Below are positions 9,100 through 15,693 of a DNA stretch of 15,693 nt, one piece after another. Position numbers and translations under genes: made by a program. The notes beneath the pieces were generated by a model. The model was not told the origin of the DNA, searched no databases, and saw only the letters and a program-made list of their open reading frames with translations. Location of the stretch: positions 1-15,693 of the forward strand of contig CAVWBU010000010.1 of assembly GCA_963753345.1 (NCBI GenBank), written 5' to 3'. The DNA comes from an uncultured Fibrobacterota bacterium (GTDB lineage: Bacteria; Fibrobacterota; Chitinivibrionia; Chitinivibrionales; FEN-1185). The first letter of the stretch is position 1. Each line of letters opens with the position of its first letter.

Positions 9100-9478
9100 T
9101 GGGCGTTTCCCTCGCTACGCTCGGGCCGGTCTTCCTTCGGGCTCGGCCATTCGGCCTCGTTGCCGCCTGTCCCTACCGCCTTCGGCGAGGGATCAGGCGG
9201 CAATTCGCTCCAGCTCACCCTCCGGTCCACCTAACGCGCGGCAGCGGGAATCTATTCTGTCAACTTCTCTTTTTTTGCGCCACTCGGCATCCGCTTGAAA
9301 TCTACTGTCAACTTGTTTACGTCTTTTCTTCTCAACCTCTCAACTTCTCAACTTTTCAACGACTCTTCTCGGGTGCCCCCACACAGGTGCTTGATTCTTG
9401 CAACAGCTCCCTCTCGGGGTGCACCCAGGAGGGGGTGACGGAGGACCGTAGGGCCGTAGGCAGGGGGATACATCCCCC
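9100..9478 (+). repeat. Complete composite repeat (module A 9100-9242, spacer, module B 9368-9478), copy 3
   Basis: Colinear with 5241-5654; invariant blocks at 9216-9233 and 9416-9436; lacks the GTAG palindrome. Confidence 0.92.
9329..9360 (+). repeat. Four tandem copies of the 8-mer YTYTCAAC in the repeat spacer
   Basis: TTCTCAAC CTCTCAAC TTCTCAAC TTTTCAAC. Confidence 0.85.
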
Positions 9479-9517
9479 ATCATATTATTGCCTTTTCCTT
9501 GAAATGAAATTTGGTAT

Positions 9518-10792
9518 TCAGAATCGTACTGACATCGACGCAAGAAGCCTCTGCTGGACATGCGTCTCGTCCAAGGGGCCCAGAGAGGTCTGTGTCTCCA
9601 GCTTCCACGTGTCGTAGCCGTAAGCCCATTCGAGCATCACGTTCTTGAGGATAAACCCCATTCCCACCGTTCCCTGGAACCTGTCGCTCACCGGCTTGAG
9701 GCCCTGCGGGTCCCACCCGGGCTGATCGTCGTCTTTATACTGTTTGGTAAAAAGATGCGTGTCGAACTGGTCCCACGAAAATCCGCCGCGCAGCAGTATC
9801 CAGCTCACCCCGAGCGGCACTTCCAATCCGAGACCGGCCCCAAAAAGCGTCTTCGCGGCAAGGCTCGTGTCCGGGATGTTGAACGATGGATCAAGTATTG
9901 AATAGGGCGCGCGGGCCCGCACCTCGGCGGACACGGTAAGGAAACGAAATTCCGCGGCGCCGCCGAGTGCGCAGGAGTACGAAGAGAGCAGCTTTCCGGT
10001 GGTATCGAAGGTGTAATTGGACTGGGGGGAGTACTGAAAATTGTCCGAAATGTTCTCGTCGAAGTCTATCCTTTGCGGCAGAACCAGACGCAGCCCGACG
10101 CGATATCTTTGCAAAAAGGAATACAGTATGCCGAGCCTTATGTCGTAGCCGATGTAGGTAGCGCCTACGGTTTCGTCATAGTAATCGTTCACAGGGTCGA
10201 CGACGGCCCCGTTGACATAGTCCTGCCCCTTGTTCGACGCATCTTCCCTGCCGCTGACGAGCGAAACCGCCGCGCCGATGCCCAATCCCTTGGCAACCTG
10301 AAGCCCAAACCCGACGCTCCACATGTCGAGGGCGCCATAGGTCTTGTACTGCTCGTTCAACGAAACCGCCTGCCCGCCAACACCGGTATAGCCTCCCGAC
10401 GTCGAAAGAACGTCGTCCAACACGTAGGTACTGTGATACGAAGCGGCAATGGTGAATCCGCCCTGTACCGTCGGGAAAGCGTGCATGTAGCCGATGTTCT
10501 CAAGCCGCGGCCGTGTGACCGTGGCGGTTGCATTGGAGCCCAGAAACGCCGACGTTGACCGCTGCGACAGGCCATCAAACGACAGCTGAAATTCCCTGGC
10601 CGGGACAAAGGCGAACCCCGCCGGGTTCCAGAACATGGCGGACAAATCTCCAGAAAGAGCCACATAATTGTCGGCCATGCCAAAGGCGCGCGCTCCGTCA
10701 CCTGATGGCTGTATCAAAGCCACATCCGCCTCTGCAGGCGCAAGCAGAAGTCCGGACAATACAATGGATGCAAATAGAATCTCTCTTTTCAT
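9518..10792 (-). CDS. Outer-membrane beta-barrel protein, OMPP1/FadL/TodX-like
   Basis: Signal peptide; GARAFGMADNYVALSGDLSAMFWNPAG N-terminal signature; amphipathic strands; C-terminal Phe (SMSVRF). Confidence 0.8.
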   Translation of the reverse strand: MKREILFASIVLSGLLLAPAEADVALIQPSGDGARAFGMADNYVALSGDLSAMFWNPAGFAFVPAREFQLSFDGLSQRSTSAFLGSNATATVTRPRLENIGYMHAFPTVQGGFTIAASYHSTYVLDDVLSTSGGYTGVGGQAVSLNEQYKTYGALDMWSVGFGLQVAKGLGIGAAVSLVSGREDASNKGQDYVNGAVVDPVNDYYDETVGATYIGYDIRLGILYSFLQRYRVGLRLVLPQRIDFDENISDNFQYSPQSNYTFDTTGKLLSSYSCALGGAAEFRFLTVSAEVRARAPYSILDPSFNIPDTSLAAKTLFGAGLGLEVPLGVSWILLRGGFSWDQFDTHLFTKQYKDDDQPGWDPQGLKPVSDRFQGTVGMGFILKNVMLEWAYGYDTWKLETQTSLGPLDETHVQQRLLASMSVRF

Positions 10793-11662
10793 CAGAAACT
10801 CCTCGGATTTCGGCGTCCGCCGTCGGAATTCTGGTTCTGGTCCGGAGGATTGTTGTTGCCGTTGTTCGGACTCTGGCTTGGCGGAGGCGACGACTGCGCG
10901 GGCTGCTGCTGAACCGGCGGCTGATCCGGAGCCGGTTGAACGTCTCTTGCTCTCGGCTGTTCCACCGGCCGCTGCTCATCCTCCACCTGCTGCTTCGGAA
11001 GTTCCTGGATAGCCGGAGGTTGCGAGTTCGAACCATCTTGGGGTGTTCCGATGATCTCCACAGTCCTTGACCGCTGCTGGTGTGAAGCGCCGCCGGACGC
11101 AGAACCGCCGGATTGCACCGATGAGCTCTTGTTGAGCGGCGTGCCGCTGGTTCCCGGATTCGCCTGCACTCCTGAGGAGCGCGACCGCCGGGGATGCGCG
11201 GTACCCGTGCCCACCGCCGGTCTGCCGCTTGCCGAAGGAGAATTCCACCACCATGAATTGCCGGTTCCCTCGTAGCCTGAATAGTACCGGCACGCGCCGC
11301 AGGAATAATCGTAATAATAGTACGCCGGGCAGCGTCTCGTCCCATCCGTAGGAATTGTACGAACCGTAGAAATACGGGTCGGAGCGGTTCCACCAGGGAT
11401 AATAGTTGTAACGGTACCAGTCCCTTCCGTAATCCGCGTCCTCGCACACCAGTTGAGGCCTCCCCCACATGTCCCTTGTCCAGTAGCATACCTGGTTGGG
11501 GTTTGCGGGGACGCTGTCGCGGATGTACGCGCTCGCGCTGTCGGCCGGGAGGGCCGAGTCGGGCGGCACGCCTTCGAGCGCGGCCCGATTTACATACGCA
11601 AATTGCGTGTAGCATCCTGCGAACAGGAAGACGCACAAAACCGCTGCTGCGTTTCGTTTCAT
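10792..11662 (-). CDS. Putative lipoprotein with Tyr/Trp-rich core and low-complexity S/G/Q/P/N tail; frameshifted at ~11335
   Basis: MKRNAAAVLCVFLFAG-C lipobox. Removing one base gives YGWDE-RCPAYYYYDYSCGACRYYSGY, running into ORF 11214-10792, whose TGA overlaps the ATG of the barrel gene. Confidence 0.75.
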
Positions 11663-11845
11663 ACGGTTCTTTCCTTGTTGGATTGAAATCGCGTCACCGC
11701 CGGACATGGTCCGGCGTTGCCCTTAAAATATGTTGATCGCGTTTTCCCAGGGTAATTCAGATTTTTATTATATTAGACGAAGGTTTTTCTGCCTTATATT
11801 ACGATCATGCAAAAAAAGAATTTTGCCCAAAAAGAAAGGAATTCC

Positions 11846-12491
11846 ATGAAACGCAACGGTTTGCTCGCGTTGTTCCTCCTTGCTGTTTCCGCAGCGCTTT
11901 TTCCACCACGGGCCGAAAACCTGCTCTCGCTCAAAATCGGGACAACGTGGCCCCAGGCGCTGCTTAATACGGGAATCCCTTCGGGAGACGCGGAGCTGCA
12001 ATACGGCATCATTGTCGACAGGAAGATAGCGTTCGGCGTTGCAGGAGATTTTCTCTGGAACACTCGATCGAAGGACGTCCAGGATGATTCTTCGGGAAAA
12101 TGGCATGTCCTCCACGCTGATAAAAGCTTTCATGTTCCCTGTTTTGGGCTTTGTCATGATCGATCCTGTTCCGAATTTAATCGTCCACCCATCGGCCCAG
12201 TTCCAGATTGGATATAATTCAATGTATTCGGTGACAACAGGATACGATACCACTGGTACCGGAAACGATCCCACTAAAAGGAAAGAAGTTTCCCACAGTG
12301 ATTATTATTACGGCCTGATAATGAAGGCCATCGTCGATGCAAATTATAACCTTGGTGAAAGCAGCACGATTTTTCTCGGCGTTGAGTATCAATGGGCGGG
12401 GACAAAAACGCAGAGCAACACCGCCGGCCTTTTTGCCAAGCGCGACATGAGCGGCATCGGACTTAGGGCTGGGTTCAGGGTGGCGTTGTAA
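11846..12491 (+). CDS. Small outer-membrane beta-barrel-like protein; frameshifted at ~12128-12131
   Basis: AAGGA RBS and signal peptide MKRNGLLALFLLAVSA. Removing one T joins HADKSF to MFPVLGFVMIDP; C-terminal strand SGIGLRAGFRVAL. Confidence 0.7.
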
Positions 12492-12564
12492 GGAATAATT
12501 GCTTAAGCAATAACCTGATGTAGACAACTTGACAACCCGATGAAAGTACTGCAGGTTGATTTTT

Positions 12565-12698
12565 GCGCCAGGCCGGACTGTAGTGGTCCCGCCAAAGCGG
12601 GATTGCCGGCCGACCCCGCCGACAGGCTTAGGGGCGGTCCGGCAACGAGGCGATAAGCCGAGCCCGAAAGGAGGGCCGGTGCCGAAGGCAGGCGCCCA
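12565..12698 (-). repeat. Dispersed structured repeat, module A' variant, copy 4
   Basis: Minus strand reads TGGGCGCC..TTCGGGCTCGGCTTATCGCCTCGTTGCCGGACCGC..GGGGTCGGCCGGCAAT, nearly identical to 1727-1795. Confidence 0.88.
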
Positions 12699-12773
12699 GA
12701 TTTTCTATTTGGTTTCGGAAGAGATGGTACTCCTCCCCTGCTGACATATTTCAAGTAGAAAAAATCAAATTTC

Positions 12774-13211
12774 ATGCGCGTCGTCTTGCAGCGAGTAAAA
12801 AGAGCATCTGTGACCATCAATGGAACAATAACCGGTTCCATCAGCCACGGCCTCGTCATCCTCATCGGCATCCACAAGGACGACACGTCCGCAATGGCCG
12901 ATTTCCTCTCGGACAAATGCGCGGACCTCCGTATATTCGCCGACGACACGGGAAAAATGAACCGTTCCCTTGTCGACACCGGCGGCGGCGCGCTTGTTGT
13001 GTCGCAATTCACGCTGTACGGCGACTGCCGCAAGGGCCGCCGCCCCAGCTTTACGGATGCGGCAGGCCCGGAAAAGGGCAACGAGTTGTATGAATATTTT
13101 GTGGGCCGGATCAAGAACCGCGTACAGAACGTTGAAACGGGCTTATTCGGCGCCATGATGGATGTTGAGCTTGTCAACGACGGACCCGTGACGTTCGTGC
13201 TTGACGCATAG
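12774..13211 (+). CDS. dtd: D-aminoacyl-tRNA deacylase
   Basis: [44 protein letters not shown]. Confidence 0.98.
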   Translation: MRVVLQRVKRASVTINGTITGSISHGLVILIGIHKDDTSAMADFLSDKCADLRIFADDTGKMNRSLVDTGGGALVVSQFTLYGDCRKGRRPSFTDAAGPEKGNELYEYFVGRIKNRVQNVETGLFGAMMDVELVNDGPVTFVLDA

Positions 13212-15357
13212 AGAGGTCTTTGCCTTGACCGCGTGTCGCCGTGCCTTCCTGCTTTACGCGACTCTCGCGTGCGGAGCAGCCGTCGCCGGCGACGAATGGC
13301 CCATCCCCCGTCCGCTTTCCGGCTTCGGGGCAAACGGACCGCACGCCGTGGTGTGCGACAGCGTTTCCAGCCCCCAGTGGGCGGGAAAAAACGTTTATGT
13401 TTTTCATCCCGCAGACACCGCAAACAAGTATCCGCTTATTCTCTTCTGTCACGGGATCGGGGCAACGGCCCCTGTCCTGTACGGGCCGCTTATCACCAAC
13501 ATCGTGAGCCGCGGCCACGTTCTCGTGTTCTCTCCGTACAAAAGCATTGCCGCCGAGCGCGGGCAGCGGAGAAAATACGGCATCCTCATGGCAGGGTTTG
13601 AGGCCGCCGTGGAGAGGTTCCGCTCATGCATCGACACGACAAGAATCGGGATCGTGGGCCATTCTCACGGCGGCGGTGCCGTGCCTGCAATCGCATGGCG
13701 CAGCATCATCGAAAACCAGTGGGGAGAAAACGGCGTGTTTCTCTACATCATGGCGCCCTGGTATTCCCATTTCATCACCCAGGACGAACTCGAAGCGTTC
13801 CCTGCAAAGGCATACCTCATCATGGAAACGTTCCGCAGCGACAAGGTGAACGACCGGCGCATGGCGGTCGACCTGTTCGACAACATCGCCATCCCGGACA
13901 GCCAGAAGCTGTTCGTGGAACTGCAGAGCGATTCCATATCCGGATACCGGCTTATCGCGGACCATTTCGTGCCCGCAGGTCCGGCCGACAAGAACGGCGC
14001 GGAAAACGCCCTCGATTTCTACGGCGTTTATAAATTTGTTGATGCGATTGCGGACTATGTTTTCCGCGGCGACGCTTCGGCAAGGAGAATGGCCCTCGAC
14101 ACCGGCAACGCGGGGCAACGCTACATGGGGACCTGGCCCGATAAACGGCCCGTGCGCGAATGCATCGTCACCCGCTCGCCCGACACCTCGCGCACACCGC
14201 CGTATGTCAACGTGTGGGAAGATCCGCTCAATCCCCGCAGGGACGTGTCGCCCACGTTCTTGCCCGAAACGCCCAAAAACAAGTTTTATTATGCGCGAAA
14301 GACATCCAAGAATTACTGGGAATTTGAACGGGAAAAAATCCGGGAGCGCCGGGCCCATCGCAAAGCACCGAAAGACACTTCGCTGTGCGCCATTCCGCCC
14401 ATAGAAGAAGGGTTCGGCTCGGCAGGGCCCTGGCAGATGGCGGTCGACAGCCTTCCCCAGCCGCTCTGGCCCGGCCATTACGTCCATGTCTTTACCCCCC
14501 AGAACGCACCCGCGCCGCGGCCGCTCATTTTCTTCAGCCACGGCTACGCCTCGTCAAGCCCGCAGCAGTATCTGCCGCTTATCAACCACATGGTAAGCAA
14601 AGGATATGTGGTGGTGTTTTCTCCTTACCAAATGGCCGCCGGCGGCGACCCCAGGGAAGTCAAGAAATATGCCACCATAGAGGCGGGGTTCGAAACCGCG
14701 GTGGACAATTTCCGCGCCAGAATTGACACAACGAGAATCGGGTTCGCGGGTCACTCATTCGGCGCGGGCGCGATCCCCGCTCTTGCCTTGTGGGCGATCG
14801 TCGATAAGAACTGGGGAGCCAACGGCGTGTTCCTCCACCTTATGGCTCCCTGGTACAGCTACGAGATCGACAGGACGAAACTCCGGCTGTTTCCCTCCCG
14901 CGTCAAACTTCTTATGGAGGTCTTCGCGGAAGACCACGTCAACGACCACCGGATGGCGATTTCCCTATTCAACACGATAAACATTCCGGCCGCGGAAAAG
15001 AATTTCATCATGATCAACAGCGACTCGCTTGGGTCCTGCAGGCTTAAGGCGGATCACAATACGCCAAAAGGCCCGTTTGACCCGCGCGCCGAAGAGGACG
15101 CGCTCGATTACTACGGCGTGTACCGGTTGTTCGACGCTCTTGCGGCGTACACGTTCGACAATAACCTCAAGGCAAAGGCTTTTGTTTTCGGCCATGGGAG
15201 GGAAACTTGCTTCATGGGAACATGGCCCAACGGCAAGCCTGTGGCGCCGCTCTCCGCGGAACAGGCGCCGACGCCGGCGCAGCCCCAGGATTACTACGTG
15301 TTTCCCTGGGACTCGCGGCTGAATCCATTGAGGTCCGAGATAGCGGTTGATAAATAG
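13201..15357 (+). CDS. Secreted protein with two tandem alpha/beta-hydrolase domains (chlorophyllase/cutinase-like)
   Basis: Duplicated motifs [54 protein letters not shown](F/Y)YGVY. The start may be TTG 13225, which follows GAGG. Confidence 0.85.
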   Translation: MTHREVFALTACRRAFLLYATLACGAAVAGDEWPIPRPLSGFGANGPHAVVCDSVSSPQWAGKNVYVFHPADTANKYPLILFCHGIGATAPVLYGPLITNIVSRGHVLVFSPYKSIAAERGQRRKYGILMAGFEAAVERFRSCIDTTRIGIVGHSHGGGAVPAIAWRSIIENQWGENGVFLYIMAPWYSHFITQDELEAFPAKAYLIMETFRSDKVNDRRMAVDLFDNIAIPDSQKLFVELQSDSISGYRLIADHFVPAGPADKNGAENALDFYGVYKFVDAIADYVFRGDASARRMALDTGNAGQRYMGTWPDKRPVRECIVTRSPDTSRTPPYVNVWEDPLNPRRDVSPTFLPETPKNKFYYARKTSKNYWEFEREKIRERRAHRKAPKDTSLCAIPPIEEGFGSAGPWQMAVDSLPQPLWPGHYVHVFTPQNAPAPRPLIFFSHGYASSSPQQYLPLINHMVSKGYVVVFSPYQMAAGGDPREVKKYATIEAGFETAVDNFRARIDTTRIGFAGHSFGAGAIPALALWAIVDKNWGANGVFLHLMAPWYSYEIDRTKLRLFPSRVKLLMEVFAEDHVNDHRMAISLFNTINIPAAEKNFIMINSDSLGSCRLKADHNTPKGPFDPRAEEDALDYYGVYRLFDALAAYTFDNNLKAKAFVFGHGRETCFMGTWPNGKPVAPLSAEQAPTPAQPQDYYVFPWDSRLNPLRSEIAVDK

Positions 15358-15382
15358 AATATGTAAAATTAATGATTTAGTC

Positions 15383-15693
15383 GGGGGAGGAATCCCCCTC
15401 GCTTCAGCCCGCGCTGCGCGCGGTCTTCCGCTACCCCCTCCTGGGTGCACCCCTAGAAGGAGCAGCTGCAAGAATCAAACACCTGCGTGGGGGCACCCCC
15501 GAGCGACAGCTGGCAGACCCTGAAGCAAGACGTTTAAACGTTCAGAAGTTGAGAAGCTCTAAAGGAATAAGGGCCAGACATTCTGAATAGAGACTTCGGT
15601 TGGCGCAAAGATGTAGATTGACTGAATAGACTTCCAATGCCGCGCGTTAGGTGGACCGGAGGGTGCGCTGGAGCGCATTGCCGGGCGACCCCG
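15383..15693 (-). repeat. Composite repeat copy 5 (module B 15383-15503, spacer, module A from ~15640, truncated by the window end)
   Basis: Reverse complements of the invariant blocks at 15433-15453 and 15648-15665, in the same order as copies 2 and 3. Confidence 0.9.

Noticed and set aside
9329-9360. Possible CRISPR array or coding repeat
   Set aside because: Units are 8 bp with no spacers, and there are no cas genes in the window
5272-9617. ORFs 5272-5634 and 9099-9617 sharing peptides such as SGAPTQ.LDSCN and GCTQEGV
   Set aside because: They are translations of the DNA repeat: no common start or stop, and variation between copies follows stems rather than codons
402-14541. Long antisense or overlapping ORFs (e.g. 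402-1346, 10698-11636, 12503-13423, 13624-14541)
   Set aside because: Shadow frames of well-supported GC-rich genes with no recognisable motifs
15600-15625. Sigma54 promoter at TGGCGC in the spacer motif
   Set aside because: No TTGC -12 element at the required spacing in any of the three copies

Overview
GC-rich bacterial chromosomal window with about 14 housekeeping and envelope genes: a GT2-polysaccharide deacetylase fusion, a B12-binding radical SAM enzyme, an AsmA-like protein, a sigma54 response regulator, a YbgC-type thioesterase, a CxxCxxCC protein, DUF2141, rnhA, a FadL/OMPP1-like barrel with its upstream lipoprotein, a small beta-barrel, dtd, and a tandem alpha/beta-hydrolase. Four genes are split by single frameshifts, most likely read or assembly indels. 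The main signal is non-coding: each of the five large intergenic regions carries a copy of one dispersed, structured repeat family. Module A occurs six times (two copies are an A' variant) and module B three times. The three complete or near-complete copies read module A, conserved motif, AT-rich spacer with 8-bp tandem repeats, module B (about 380-415 bp). Stems covary between copies. Many loops are C(GNA)G triloops with flanking tandem G.A pairs, which fall on opposite strands for A and B, and GTAG-type REP palindromes are nested in some stems. No transposase is encoded in the window. I infer a non-autonomous ssDNA-structured (REP/HUH-type) element or a repeated ncRNA; I do not recognise it as a named family, but I could not run a search.
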